64,000 bases of DNA from Raillietiella orientalis (Eukaryota): the NCBI GenBank assembly GCA_036172245.1, contig JAYWIR010000068.1:124001-188000 (forward strand). The letters run 5' to 3'. Below the pieces are notes generated by a model that was not told the origin of the DNA, ran no database searches, and saw only the letters and a program-made list of their open reading frames with translations. Shown in pieces: positions 27,123-47,250 of the stretch. Within the stretch, counting starts at the first letter, position 1, and every line of letters begins with the position of its first letter. Position numbers and translations under genes: made by a program.

Positions 27123-30100
27123 TCACGTCTCCCCGTCCGCACGGGGCCGGGACCTGTCCGTCGGCAGGGGGCTGATCTTCACCTCCACCTTCTTCAGCTG
27201 CATCCACTTGTGCGAGTCCACGTTGTACCAGGTCAGGGCGACCCCGTAGCGGCCGTTCAGGTTGGCGTGCTGGCAGTGGCCGTACCACCAGCCGCCCACG
27301 TAGTACTGCGCGCAGTGCGTGCTGCTGGCGTCGTTGTCGCGGTCGGGGGTGCTGAACTGCATTCCCGCGTGGTGCGCGAGGGCGTCGGAGGCGTTCCCGG
27401 AGTATCTCCCGATGGTCAGGCGGTAGTTGTCGGCGGCGGGCGCCACCTGGAACAGGTCGTAGCGGGCGTTCGAGTAGGCGCCCTCGGCGTCCCACAGCTC
27501 GAAGAGGACCGAGTTCTCGCGGCGGGAGGTCAGGTGGTGCAGGGCCTCCAGGCCGATCCAGTGCTCCCCGGCCGGGGAGCCGAACCCCGAGGCGTAGTGG
27601 GTCCAGTTCCTGTAGAAGTTCTCGCTCCCGTCCTCCCGCCGCTGCACCAAGGTCCAGAAGCGGTCCTCCGTCTTGCGGTCGCACCACACCTTCACCGGAG
27701 GGAGCATCGTCTCCGTCGCCGGGTCGGCGCGCAGCCGGTGCCACGGGTACACCGGGATGACCTTGGGGTAGTTCAGGCCGGGGACGAAGGTCGCCGCCTC
27801 GTGGCAGTCCCGCGGCAGGCTTTGGAAGACGACGTTGCTGGAGGCCGCCAGGGCGCTCAGCCTCCGCTGCAGCAGCGCGGCGCTGGTCACCAGCTCCTGG
27901 GACTGGTTCACCGTGTCGCGGAACTTGGCCACGTCCAGCTTCTTCCGGAGGGCCGTCTCCACGGCGCCGCAGCTCTCGTTCACGTCCTGCAGCTGCGGGA
28001 GACGTCACCCGCGGGACACGCGCGCCCGGGTCCTCACCTTCCTCTCCAGAACGCCCAGCTTCTTGTCCAGAATCACCATCTTCAGTTCGTGAAGTGCCAC
28101 GGCGTTGTCGCTCTTGCAGTTTTGCAGCGATTGGTTGAGCACCTGGTTGTGGACCGCCACCAGGCGGAGGTGGTCGCTCTCCTGTCGGTCGCGGTAGAGG
28201 ATGAGCTCCTTGCGCACCTCGTTCAGTCCCTCGGTCAGGTCGACCTTCGGTGAACGGCGTGAGACGGAGAGAGGGGAAAGAGAAAGGAACGACCGCAACC
28301 AGCCGCCCGCTCACGGGGCTCCCTCCCTTGCGCCCCTCCCGAACAGGCCCCCCCTCTCGCCTGCCCTTCCTCCGCCCACCCACACACTCTCCTTCGTCAT
28401 ACCCAAAGCACCGGCCGCCGCTCCATCCCCTCCTCAGAGAGAGGAGGGGCCGCGAGCAACCACGCCGCGAGGCAAGCGAAATGGCGTAAGGAAAAGGAAG
28501 CACAGTGGAGGAAGCGAGGAGAAGGGGGGGGGGGGGAAGAGAGGAACTAAGGAAGAGGAGGAGGAGGAGGAAAAGAAAAGGAAGGTGAAGGGAGGAAGAG
28601 GAAGAGGAGAGAGAAGGAAGAGGAAGGGTGGAAAAGGAGCACGACATCCACCGTGATGGTGTGGCGGAGGAGTCGAGACGGAGGGTGTGGTGGTGGGGGA
28701 GGACGAGCGGAAAGCGCTTGACTTCTCTCTCCCCCTCCCCCCCTCCCTTCCCCGGTCTCGGCGCAGAGTGCTGTCTCACCTGGTCCTGCTTCATGACGTC
28801 GACGGACGCCGACACCTGGCCAAGATTGAAGTCGACCTTGGCCAGCTCCCCGCGGAAGTCGCTCATGCTGACGTCGACGCTGTCCTCGACCTCGGACAGC
28901 AGCTTGAACAGCCTCAGGGTGGACTCGTGCAGCTTCTCCAGGCCCATGATGACCGAGCTGAGGTTGGTCAGCTCGTTGGTGTTGACGAGCACCGACTCCT
29001 CGACCTTGTTGACGCGCGACGTCAGCCGCTCGAGGGTCTCCTTCAGCGAGCCGACGCTCTTGGCGTTGGCGCCCATGCCGGCCTCGACCTCCTCCAGCTG
29101 GGTGTCGAGAGTCCTGGCGACGGTTTCGGCGATCATCGCGCTGGAGGACAGCGACTCCACGCGTCGGTCCAGCTCCTGCTGCTTCTCCAGCAGGCTCTTC
29201 GTGGCCGCCCGGAGGCGCGAGAGCTCGGCGGCGGCAGCGGCGCCTCCCAGCGGGTGCCTGGTGCGGTGCTGCTCGGCGGCGGCGGCGGCGGCGACGGGAA
29301 CAGGCGTGGTGCTGTCGTGTGGCGGCGCAGGCGCAGTCGTCTGCTGCTCGGCGGGTGGCGGCGGCCCGCCGCTGTCGTTGCCCAGGGAGACGTTGCAACG
29401 GCTCGTCAGCTCCACCAGCTGGAAGGGTGCCGTGGAAGGGTTCAGTGGCGGCGGGCGGACGCAGGTGGACAGAAGCGCTCGCTGCGCCCCCGCAGGGCAG
29501 GGGGGGATCCTGCCCTGAGGGGGTGTCCTGCCGCCGCCGGGAGGAGTGGTGAAGCGGTCGGGGAAGCCGCAGCGGATGCGCGCGTCATTCCCGACCGCCT
29601 CGCCGCCTCCTCCGTGCTTTCTGCAAGGTCCTCTCCGCTTCCCGGAAGCGTGGGGAGGAAAGGATGGGGCGCGGAGTTGGGGAGAACCTCCGGCTGACGC
29701 GCTTTCTTGACAACTGGCTCGATGAGCGGGGAGAGCGGCGGTGACGTCACGGCAGGCGCACCTGGCGGCGGGCACCGCGCCGGAAGCGTCCGCGGGCGAG
29801 CGGGGACCGGAAAAACAAAAAGGGGGAAGGTTGGAGGTAGGAAAGATGGGGGGAAGGGGTGGGAGGAAAAAAAAAGAGGGCTGCTCTCGCCTCGCCTCAC
29901 CTGGTACTGCGTCTCGGAGAGGCGCCAGGCGAGGTCGTCGTGGGCGCGCTTGGCCTCGACGGCGCCGGCGGCCGCCTGCTCGGACGCAGCCTGCAGCTGC
30001 AAGAGGGAGGCGCCCAGCCCGTCCACGCGGCCCGCGAGAGCCTGCAGGTCAGCCCGCAGCATGCGGACGCTCGCCAGGGCCTCCCCGCGCTGCTGTAGGG

Positions 30101-31247
30101 CCGCGGACACGTTGCTCTCCCGGGCCACGTCCAGCAGCTCCGCCTTCAAGTCGCCCACCGCCTGCCGCAGCCAGCGGATCGTCTTGTCGTGGGCGTCGAG
30201 GAACTCGCCGGCGTGCGCCCGCGAGGACGCCTCCTCCTGGCAGATGGACAGCTCCGACTTGACCTTTCCCAGGTCGGACCTGCGGGGGATGCGGCCGGGA
30301 GAGACGCGCACTTTTTGCCGGGCAACCCCCAGGGGTAAGAAACACCAGGACTGATCTCCCGAGGGGCAGGAAAGGGCCGGAAGAGGAAGGGCAGCCCATG
30401 GCGGCGGAAGTGAGCGGAGCAAGGGCCGGGCACTCCTCGAAGGGGAGGAAGTGAATGGGACGAGAGTCAGGGTAGGAAAGTGACGCAGGGGGCCGAGGAA
30501 GGGCAAGGGCACCCCTTGAAAGCGCGGAAGTGGGTCACAAAAACCAGGATAAATCACTCAGGGGCCGGGGCAAGGGCCGGAAAAGAAAGGACAGTCCCTT
30601 GGGGGCGGAAGTGAGCGAAGTAAGGGCCGGCGGGGGAAGGGCGCCTCTCGAAGGGGAGAAAGGGGGTCACAGAAACCAGGATTAGTCCCCCAGGAGGCAG
30701 GGCATGGGCCGGGAGAGGAAGGGCAACCCCGGGGGGTTTGGTCGCGGGGGTGGTCCGCCTACCTGAGGACGTCGAAGTCCTCGCGCAACTGCAGCAGCTG
30801 CGCGGCGGCGTCCACCTGCCTGTCCTTGGCCTCCGTGAGCTCCCGGAGGTGCACGCGGAAGGCACGGAGGTCGCGGTCCAGCAGCTGCTGGTGGCTTCTC
30901 TCCTCCTCGAGCGCCCGGATGGCGCCCTCTAGCTCGGCGAACCCGTGTTCCTCGCGGCGGGGCAGCCCGGCGGCCTCCTCGCGTACCGCCGGGGCGGCCG
31001 CGCCCGACCTGACCTCCAGCTGGCGCGTCAGAAGCGCCACCTGGTGCCGCAGGCGGCGCAACGCCCGGCGCACTCCGGGAGACCCGTCCTCCTCCTCCTC
31101 CTGGCCGTCCTCTACCACGTCGGGAAAGGCGACAGCGGAGCCTTCGGTCGTGGCGCCGTCGTCTTCGGCGTCAGCCTTGACCCGGGCAAGCCACAGGCAG
31201 CAGCAGCACCACCCCAGCACCAGGGCAAAAGGTAGGCGGCCACTCAT
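27123..31247 (-). CDS. sca: Scabrous-like secreted protein (signal peptide, coiled coils, C-terminal fibrinogen-related domain); 5 exons, 859 aa as modelled
   Basis: Exons 31247-30763, 30279-29901, 29418-28780, 28244-28038 and 27992-27123 have GT-AG ends and sum to 2580 nt in frame. Signal peptide MSGRLPFALVLGWCCCCLWLARVKA. The FReD reads WTLVQRREDGSENFYRNW...GMQFSTPDRDND...CAQYYVGGWWYGHCQHANLNGRYGVALTW; the CQHANLNGRY..LTW tail is characteristic of Scabrous. Confidence 0.88.
30325..30730. repeat. Degenerate purine-rich tandem repeat filling intron 1 of the scabrous-like gene
   Basis: Three ~65-bp units (GGT.A.A.AAACCAGGA...AGGGCCGG.A.A.G.AAGG.CA.CCC) at ~30334, ~30533 and ~30665, interleaved with GCGGAAGTGAGCG.AG.AAGGGCCGG at ~30404 and ~30605. 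Confidence 0.7.
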
Positions 31248-33268
31248 CTCCCCGACGCGACGCGAGCGGGCGCTCCCGGACGACTGCGGCGCGCGCGCTT
31301 CGTCCGCGGAAGGGTACGCGGCAGCCAAGGGAGGGAGGGAGGGGGGGGGGGGGAAGCGGCGGCGGCGGCGGCGGCGACAGCGGCGGGAAGGGGAACGGGA
31401 GAACGGGGGAGGGAAGGGGGCGAGCTCGGTGATTGGTTGACGCAGCAGCGCACGCGGTCCGCTCCGGCCCTGCCGGGTGCTGCCGTCGGAGGTCGCGCGA
31501 CCTCCTCCGCCGCCGCCGCCGCCGACAGGTCCTTCTCCTTCTGCCCTCCCTCCCCGGTAGCGTCTTTCCGTCTGCGGAAACGAGAGACCCGTCCCCCCCG
31601 GGCGGGGGCAGGTGCGCACGCTTTCGCTTTTGGGTCAGGAGGAGACGCGCGGGCTGCCGCCCTTGCGGATGCGGACCGGAAGTCCTGGCCCTTCCCCCCG
31701 TGAGGGCGGCGGTCGCGGAACGCGCGTATGCGCGGGCAGCTCGGCTGCCGTCCTTACCTGGCGCTGTCCCCGGCGGCAGCCGAAGGTTACGATGGGCAGG
31801 AAATGCCAATCATAAGCCTTCGGCTGCCGCGGGGCGGGGGGGAAGGGAGAGAGAGGAAGAAGAAGGGGTAAGGCCTTCGCCGGCACTGGCAGCCACCTAC
31901 CGGCGTCTCACGGAAGTGAGCATCTGAAATTTCCGACGCGAGATGGGTCTGTCTGCAGCTGGTTAGCCAGCGTGCGGAAGGGACACCACCACACGCTTCT
32001 CCGGAGTGACTCTCCAGTCCCGTTCCCCGGTCCGGATGCTGGGAAACCGTCCGTGCGTTTTTGGTTTCGCCCGTCGGATGCGGAGGCAGCCGGCAGAAAG
32101 ATGCCAGCTGACCACCGTAGCCTTAGTCGTAGGTTAGGATCTCCGCTCGCTGAAAGACTCCGTAGCCATGTGAGGGTGCGACCCATGAACACATCATTGT
32201 GAAGAAGAAAGTGGGGGAGGTTGCTCCGCGGCCAGCGGCAGCGCGATCGGGCCGGTCGGAGGTCGAAAGCGGGCTAGGTCAACCGTCCTCGCCGACAGCG
32301 AAGCAACGGCGAGGTGCGTTCTCGCGCGAATGCACCGCGAAGATCGCAGCGGAACGTCCGAAGCTGCGGGAACGCCTGAAAGTGGACAACGCATCGTGGA
32401 GGAGGAAAGAGCATCCGGAAAAGGGGGAAGGAGCGAACGGGAAGGAGCGGGAAAGCCGGGGCCATCGTGATGAGATGTGGATGCGAGACAAACGGGCGAT
32501 CTGTCCGGTGGCCAAGGTGCGTTGCAGCGCGCGAGGACGTGCGCGCGACCGGCAAATGACCCACGCCGCGCGTCGCAACGATGAGCTGGCCACGGATGGG
32601 GTTGCAGGGATAGAGGGGAGAGGACCGTGAATGGGGGGGGGGGGGGGGAAGAGATCAACAAACCCAGATGGAGCCTCTCGAAACCGGACTCCTGGAGTGA
32701 CGTCTGCGCGCGCGCGATCAGCATGGCGCCAATGCGACCGCCGTTGTTTCCGGCGGGCAAGAAAGGTCGGGGGTCACAAGCCGCGGCGGCGCGCGCCACC
32801 ACGGGATGGGGAGGTGGTGTGCCACCTCCCCATCCCCGCAGCTGTGCCGGTCCAACTTCCGCTGCCGTGGCTCCCGAAATGCGGCTCCGAGGGGCCCGCG
32901 CACCAGAGGGGGGGCCTCCGAACCATGAAAACCCAAAATACTTTCTTCGACTTTTATTCATTCTTTTTTTTCTATGAAAGTAAAAACATCTGTTGCGATC
33001 CTATAATCTTATATAATAATTACACAATATACTCTGGAAACAAAACCTGATCTTATAAAATTCAACAACTATTTTCTGAACAATAGATAGTTCTGGTAAC
33101 TTTCGTGGGGGGCGAGGGAAGGGGAAGTGGGTGGGTGGGTGGCGCTCCCTCTCCGGCCGGCGGCGGGCTGTACGGAGGCCGCCCGTGGGATCGGAAGGCA
33201 AAACGGTCCGCTCGCGGAGGCGGAGGGGATGCTTGTGACTCATCACAGATAAAATTTTTCAATGAGTA

Positions 33269-40188
<6,920 letters not shown>

Positions 40189-41237
40189 TTTACAGGGAAA
40201 AGGGATCACTTTGATAATTACATCATTTCAGAACTGGTACTCTCATTTACACATGCTACTGCATTATTTTCGTAAATATAAATTGCAAAAGCAACGTTGC
40301 CAACATTACTAAATAAATCGAGAAGCCACATATGAATGACAATATCAAACCAAATAATTTAATATCTTAAATTGTAGTAAATGCCATTATTATTTAATTT
40401 TGCAGCTATTTTCATTGAGCATTAAGCAGCGCATCACACTTCCACTAATTTTGTATTCATTTCATATATTCATTTCACATCCTCACGTGAGCTAGGCAAA
40501 CGGATTTGAATGTAAGCACAATAACATTCGAGAGGCTTCATTACACTTGATCCAACATCTGTAACATAAGATGATTCTTTCTGTAGAGAGAAGCTCTGCT
40601 TCCGTAGAAATAATTTATCATGAGGCAAAACATTCTGGAACATGAAAATGTTTCATTCTTTAATTCTTACATGCATAGGAAATGGGAAAATTCATAAAAA
40701 CATGCAATTTTGTAAGTGAGCGAAGTTACAAATACAGATTTTTCTAAGAAACACACAAAAATCTTACTGCAGTGTGTGTGCTTTACTGAATACAAATGAA
40801 GCACTGGGTGAAAATTATGAAGATAACATATCTGCAATGATTTCTCCGATTCGTATCCAGCTCGCTCACTGAATTTTCCATCCGTCATGTCCCTATTAAT
40901 AATGATGCAATTATCTCGTTGTGTGCAGTGCTTGTATACTGTTTATTTATCATATTCGAATAATGTCGAATTCTCAATCCCATTAATTTACAACCTTAAA
41001 AGTTGCACTTTTTATCATGTGCTTGCATATGAGTATTTTGGATAAAAAGATTGAGTTTTCCTGAATACCTAGAACACACAAAAAAAAAATCAAACCTTTA
41101 CAAAGTCACATAAATCATATAAAGCCAGACTTGTGAGTTTTATCAAATGGTAACCAAATAAATGAATGCATTAGGAAATCAATGTTGATGCAAGAGCGTT
41201 CTCGTTGGAATGCCCAATTCCTCACACTTCATAAGAA

Positions 41238-41317
41238 TTCATTATTATAATTTCTTTGTTTTGATGCAGTCTATTCTATGTTTGGTCTGTCTGTTTGTTT
41301 TTGTCTGTTTTTTGTTA
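41238..41317 (-). repeat. Right arm of a perfect 80-bp inverted repeat (upstream of the USP32 ATG)
   Basis: Exact reverse complement of 38971-39050. Confidence 0.92.
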
Positions 41318-42275
41318 TTAAATGTATCTGTAAGTGATTTCAAGTTAGCGCGAGAGATTAGTCGAACGGAAACCAAGCTGACAATCATTGACGCACTGTC
41401 AAAAAAGAAATGCAACGAATAAAACGTGCAGCATCGGAGATCGGACTAAACAACAGCAATCCTAAGTTTCCATGGAACCTCGTGTGTTTCTAAGAAAGTG
41501 TGAAAGATCATCTGCGATAAGTAATAATCATGCATGTACAATCGTTGGAGCCTGAAACTCGAAACGCTTCTCGATAAGATACCAAATTTGCGGAAACTTC
41601 GTCATTCTGTGGAAACGGAGGTGTGTAAATGCTGGGGCATGAAGGGATGCCCTCATCAAACTGCTTGTTGCAGGGAGTAATGATGCGAATACTGATTTCC
41701 GTTTTGGTGTTCAGTAAGGAGTGGGAAAGTTTTCGTATTGTATACAGCATCTTCCTCCCCTCCCTTCCCCCCTCTCTTTTTTTTAAAAAAATAAAAAAAA
41801 ACGACGTGTTGTTTTCTCTTTTTCGCTAGAAGCGTGTCTTGCGCGAAAGCCTCTCTGCTTCCGCATAATCACGCTAATGCACAGTTGTGTTCCCGATTCA
41901 AATGAAGCACTTTTGGTATTGCACCTAATGAGTAATTCTAATGAACTAAAATCGAAGGGAGCATTAAAAAAGAATGCACATTCTGGACAAGAAACGGAAA
42001 GCTGAGATAGAGCCATGATAGAGCCTCGGAAACAAAACGATCAGCAGATTGGACGCACATGGAAAAGGAATTTCACGCACATTTTTATCAAGCTCTTTAA
42101 CATAATGGCATGTTCCCGTTGGGTTCATATCTGCTGTGATGTTTGTATTTGTACGTTGAAGTATCAGGCTGCCTTGTCACCGGTGCAAAAAAAATCCAAA
42201 TTTTCGATTTTAATCAGCAGGCAGCTGCTAATGCAAAATAAGCAAAAATAGTCTATGCGTTGATTTGTTAGTCAC

Positions 42276-42360
42276 TGTTGCCATTCGTTGATCATTGTTG
42301 CCATTCGTTGATCATTGTTGCCATTCGTTGATCATTGTTGCCATTCGTTGACCATTGTTG
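42276..42360. repeat. 20-bp minisatellite, about 4.25 copies of TGTTGCCATTCGTTGATCAT
   Basis: Seen directly; one substitution in the fourth copy. Confidence 0.95.
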
Positions 42361-43549
42361 TTCTCTAGAAAGCTGTGTTGCATTACCGTTCTCAAAAAGT
42401 GCCTTTCGTTCAGAGTGGTGGCCTGGTTTCGTCTTGGCTCTCATTTGGTTGCGCACAGTGCGAACAGACGGGAAGATTTATCGATGAAAGTTGCATCTTT
42501 TACAATAAACGCCCCGGAGTGGCCGGATGAAAAAACAATGCGGGCAATTTGAAGTCTGACGTGGGGGGAAATCGCAAGAGATTTTTGAAACTATGTTTCC
42601 CGAGTAACATTAATTATTACTATCTGATGTGGCCGTTATCTTGCCGGTTCACAAAGGTGCATTTCCTTGATAGGAATCAACGATTCATTTGCTTTTTGCG
42701 TGGAAAGACTGCGGTTGTGCAAATGGGGATCGGCCACAGAAGAACATACGATGTGACGCTTCCAAGGAACGATTTTTTCTTTCCTGTTTTTCTGAGGTCA
42801 CGCTGAGGAACCCCACATGCGACCGTCTTCCTTGTTTACAGTGTGCAAGTGAAACGCTTTCAACTTCGTTATATTGTCTTCTTTTGTTTACACAGACAAT
42901 TCGTTACACAGTTCGGCCTTCAGATACGTACGAGTTTGATTCTGCGAGAATCAGAGTAATTGCACAAATCAACATGCATACTCTAAAGGTTGCCACAGCC
43001 ATATCTAGAATGGCTGGCAAAAAAAAAACATCAGCTCATCATTTTTTTTACGATGATATATGCCTTGTCCGAAGGTTATTCAAATTTTTCTGAGTGCCGG
43101 TAAACCTTCTCCTTTTCCGGATCTCTAAGCAAGATTCTTCTGTCAACGTTTACATCCTTGCATCAGAGATCCTCCGGCATCTCACGGCTTAGGTGCATTC
43201 CTATGCGACGATTTTTTCTGGCTCATCCGTGTGACTCTGTCTTTTTCCACCAGGAATCACGATAACTGCGAATTATTTTGAGGGTCTCGCTGCCTTGTTG
43301 GTTGGTGCCACTGCTTTCAGCTGCTGAAACTGCTTATCCATGGACAACTAGGATTTGATAAATTGGAAGAGAAAAAAAAAACAAAAAAAACATTGTGCAT
43401 TCATGCAAAGGGAAAACCGGGTGAAGCAATAAAAGTGGAGAAAGGAAACGTTTGCCTATCATGTCAGGTTTCTTTTCTTTTTTTCAAAACTTTGAAAAGG
43501 TATTTTTATTGCATACTCCCTAAAATGCGTAATGAAAATTTTATTGTAA

Positions 43550-44400
43550 ATTTTTGTGGTCAGTTAACCAAGTGAAACATCTGTGCATGATCGATATCTG
43601 GAACGGCCCTAAACCACACCTGTTAAGACGTGGTTGTTGTTACGATACCGAAGCGTGCCGACATTTAGCTCACCGTGTATAATGTCCTGGATACTAATTA
43701 CGGAGCATCGGTGGAAACCACAGAAACGAGTGAGAATGGCAGCTTTCGGAAAGAACTGAATGTTATTGCCAACCGCCAAAAAAATGGCAAACCGATTGGC
43801 AACAGAAGTGCGTGATCGCCTGCAAATCCCTTAAAACCCCTCTGATTCATGTTCTGGTGAACTGCCTGGTTATGAAAGATTGTACGGAAAAAGCATGCTG
43901 ACATGTTTCACCAGTAATGCATAAACTCCTCACAGTGCCGATCTCTTAGTTGGAGCATTCGAAAGCCTTGAACCTGGACCCTCACAGGAATCCCCATCGC
44001 TGTGTCAAAGCACAGGTGGCGGAACTTCCCGACGTCCATCTTCCAAGACGACTTTTTTGTCCCCCTCCCCCTTCCAAGTTTACCCCGTGCACTTGAGAGA
44101 AGCATCCTCGGTAGAATCCCAAGGCACTCTGTGGAAGTTCTCTGGAATACGTCTCTCTGCCTTATCCCCATCATGGTGGACTCTCTCCACCTTCTACTCG
44201 ATCTGGCACGGCTCAACCGGATTTTACGCAAGACATGACCTGCGGGTTTGATGGTTTGTGGTCCCTGAACCCCACCTCACAATCGCGTCCTTAGCGGATG
44301 CAGGACATTTTTCTTCTTTCCTCTTCAGACAGCGTGATTCTGTGCAGTACATTGTATTTCATAACAGCTGAGGAACCCGGCGTATGGGGCTAGGGAATGC
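43550..44400 (-). mobile_element. Decayed mariner-like fossil
   Basis: RRWRESTMM (cf. EGRESVED), GTKKSSWKM (cf. GMKKVSARW) and CITGETCQH (cf. IVTGDETWVH) occur in order. Confidence 0.3.
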
Positions 44401-45599
44401 TCCACCTTGAAGATGACAGTGTTCCTCCTTGTTCCTGATATTTCTTTCCAGTGCCAACGCATGCACTTTTCCTGTCCACCCATTTTCTTGTTTTTCCGTT
44501 TTTCCTTTCTCGTGAAACGCGCTCGTAGAAATCGTGCCCGAGTATAAATTGGGGCGAAGTTCAGCCAATGCGCACGCGCCAGTTGCCCGGACGACGACGG
44601 CTGTGGCGCGAGTGCGGTTCCGCAATTAGAAAGTGTGTTGCCAAGCTGTGCAGATTTTTTTTTTTTTTTTTTTTTGCGCTTTCGTAAACTGATTCATCGC
44701 TCATCCTCGAGATACTTTTGTGTCCTTTTTTGAAACGCTCTCCCTGGGTAGCAGATGCTTTGACTTGGAAAAATCCTTGCCTTTTTGCATGAAGTCTCTG
44801 TTACGGCTGGGAGATAACGCTTCGCATATGATTTCAATCAATCTAGTGACTTTTATCAATAGCGACAAATAAAGTAAAAAGGGACAACTTACTATGCATT
44901 TAAGTAATCAGTGTTGGTATTGATTTTGGTTTTTAATATCCATGAATCCCGAAAGGATGCAGCAGTCTTCTGCTTGACCTGACTGAAACGTTATCTGACG
45001 ATTCTTGATTTCATGCCTTAAATAGTCCAACCAATAAACGAGCCAATCGTCCAGACATCTAATCGTAGGCCGATTGTTATTTATCAGGATAAAACTGCCT
45101 TTGGGAACTGAATTAATCGACACATCTTTTTATCATCCCTTCATCTGTTATCTGTCTGTCCGAGCTGACTTTTGATTTCGGCTCTGCACTCATTATATTG
45201 CCTTTCAGAGTTTCAACTCTCCAGTTTCTTGCGGGCGCCGTGTTCGTACCACACCATTCCTTAAAATGAGAATCACTAGTGTTCCATCTGTTACGTAGAC
45301 TCTTGCCAGGTGGTGGATGTGGTACGATTTGTGTGGCCGACGCTATGAAACACGTGTGCCTGAAAGAGCGCAGCGCATTGCCGTTTCACGAAGCAAAGGC
45401 TTCCATGACCACATGCAATTACTCTGTTATTACGGTTCCATTTCCAGATTGGCATCGTCTTTTGGCCTTTCGCTGTTCTCAAATTGTCTCACTATGAGCA
45501 CATTTAAGTTCGCTACTCTTAATTTGCGTTTTTTTTTTTTTTAAAAAAAAAGTCTGAAGAGTACGAACGAACCTGATGAATCAATAGTTTACATGCTGG

Positions 45600-47250
45600 A
45601 AGCAGAGATTAATTGCAAATCAGGAAATCTCAAAGATCCTTTGATATGATAATGCTTTACCTTGAGAACGATAACGGCTAAACGAAAATTCGGGCAATTC
45701 TTCGCGCAAGCGAATCACGATGGAAACGGACGGTGGCATTCGTAAGAAACAGGGAAGACGCAAATCTAATCTGAACGGGAGAGAAGCCGAACAGATCCCC
45801 GAAAGAGGAGGGTCTTGTTGCATCGGATCCACGGAAACGTTCCTAACGTGGTCTCTGCATGTGGTGGTTCAGTGGTTCTTTGGATGCGGGATCCGTACTA
45901 TACTTATCCTGGAAGGAAGTTCCCTTTCCTCCACCAGAGCAGGAACCCTAGGTGTCAACTGGAGCGCCGGGTTGCGAAAATGCAGGATCCTTCGAATGAG
46001 GACTGCTGGACTGCCTCTCGAGGGCTGCGAAACGAACGCCTGACCTCGGGTGAGCGAAGTTGCGATGGTGCGGAAGCTGCGATGCGCAGAGGTGGGCGTA
46101 CGAATTCTAAGGCTGCACGGACGCCAAAGTCCCCAGCCGCCAAAGGCAAAAAGGTTCCTCGGCTGGCTGTGGAAATCGCACCGGGAAGAAATGTGATGCG
46201 ATCACGTCACCGCTTATGAAAGCACGAAAGTGCGTCGAGCAACATCGATCTGTAATTTTATAGGGCATCGGAGACAGAAAATCAGATCGAAGCGGGTGGC
46301 ATAGCTGAGTAGGTGAAACGGGTGTCGACGATCATGAAGGAGAATAATAGGATCCTCGGAGGTCAAACACGGGCAGGAGTGTGAACTGGGGAATGGGCTG
46401 TTTTGAAAAATGCGTAGAATGTGATCTTTCGGCAGCTGGAGGGGATCGAAAAGAGAAGACCTATTTGAAATATGATTTGTGCTGTTTCTCCGCGAGACCC
46501 AATTTGTAAAACATTTTTCCACATCGTAAGGGTTTCGCACACAAACGTTGGTCGCCACTTTCACCCGCCCTGTTTTTTGTTTTTGTTTTGGTTGGGACGC
46601 GGAAAGGGGAACGCGCGTAAGGATGCTGCCTTTTAACTGAATCTTTATCTGAAGTTTCGTCTTGAGGTGGAAATTTCCTGCATTAGTGGCCTTGTTGTTG
46701 AAAGGGATTCAAGGAAGGACAGAGCGAAAAGCCGTATCCTTCGAACCTTCAAGGAACGCACTGTGCGGACATTCCGCTAAGCAACGCCGGACAGATGGAA
46801 AGCCATTTGTCCATACAGCTTTTCACAGACCCAGCTTTTGATGAAACCACGTTCAAAAATGGTTTCAGGAAAAGGAGTCGGACGCTTGAGTTTAAAGGCC
46901 ATCCTGCAAATACGTCTTCGGTACTTCGACGGGATTTCAGTGAGCTCCTGAAGAGTCGGGCGGAAGCACTGTGGAGGAGTGGATGGACAACTGCGTCTCT
47001 GCAAGTCTTCCCATGCATTTGCATCCGACCGTTCGGCTCTGTTAAACGCCGAGACGTCTTTTATTCAAAGCACTTCCTCAGAGCACATTTCGATCGCGGA
47101 CGTCGACAGCTCCTTGCGTTCCGAAAGTTCGGTCGAGAGGAATTTTCCCTCGTCATTACTTTCCTGGTGGAGGCCACTCGAAAAGGCTCCAAGTAGATGA
47201 TTCCAGCATGCTGCAACTAGCCTCATTCGCTTCGGCGATGCTGTCGGTTT
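45600..47250 (-). mobile_element. Decayed LINE RT fossil (Jockey/I-like)
   Basis: Ordered remnants: LYGQMAFHL, ALSFLESLS (cf. PISLLSTLS), YDVEKCF (cf. LDVEKAF), LQLPKDHILRI, AAGDFGV (cf. FADDTA), HLGFLL (cf. YLGVIL). Confidence 0.35.

Noticed and set aside
26635..29775. 1046-aa minus-strand ORF as a single novel protein
   Set aside because: It is read-through across GC-rich, stop-poor introns. Only 29418-28780 is the true sca exon 3 frame; the rest is intronic or out of frame.
27210..30354. Long plus-strand ORFs antisense to scabrous
   Set aside because: Shadow ORFs expected from very high GC3 coding sequence; no recognisable domains.
42276..42360. CRISPR-like array
   Set aside because: Head-to-tail tandem units with no spacers, eukaryotic context and no cas genes.
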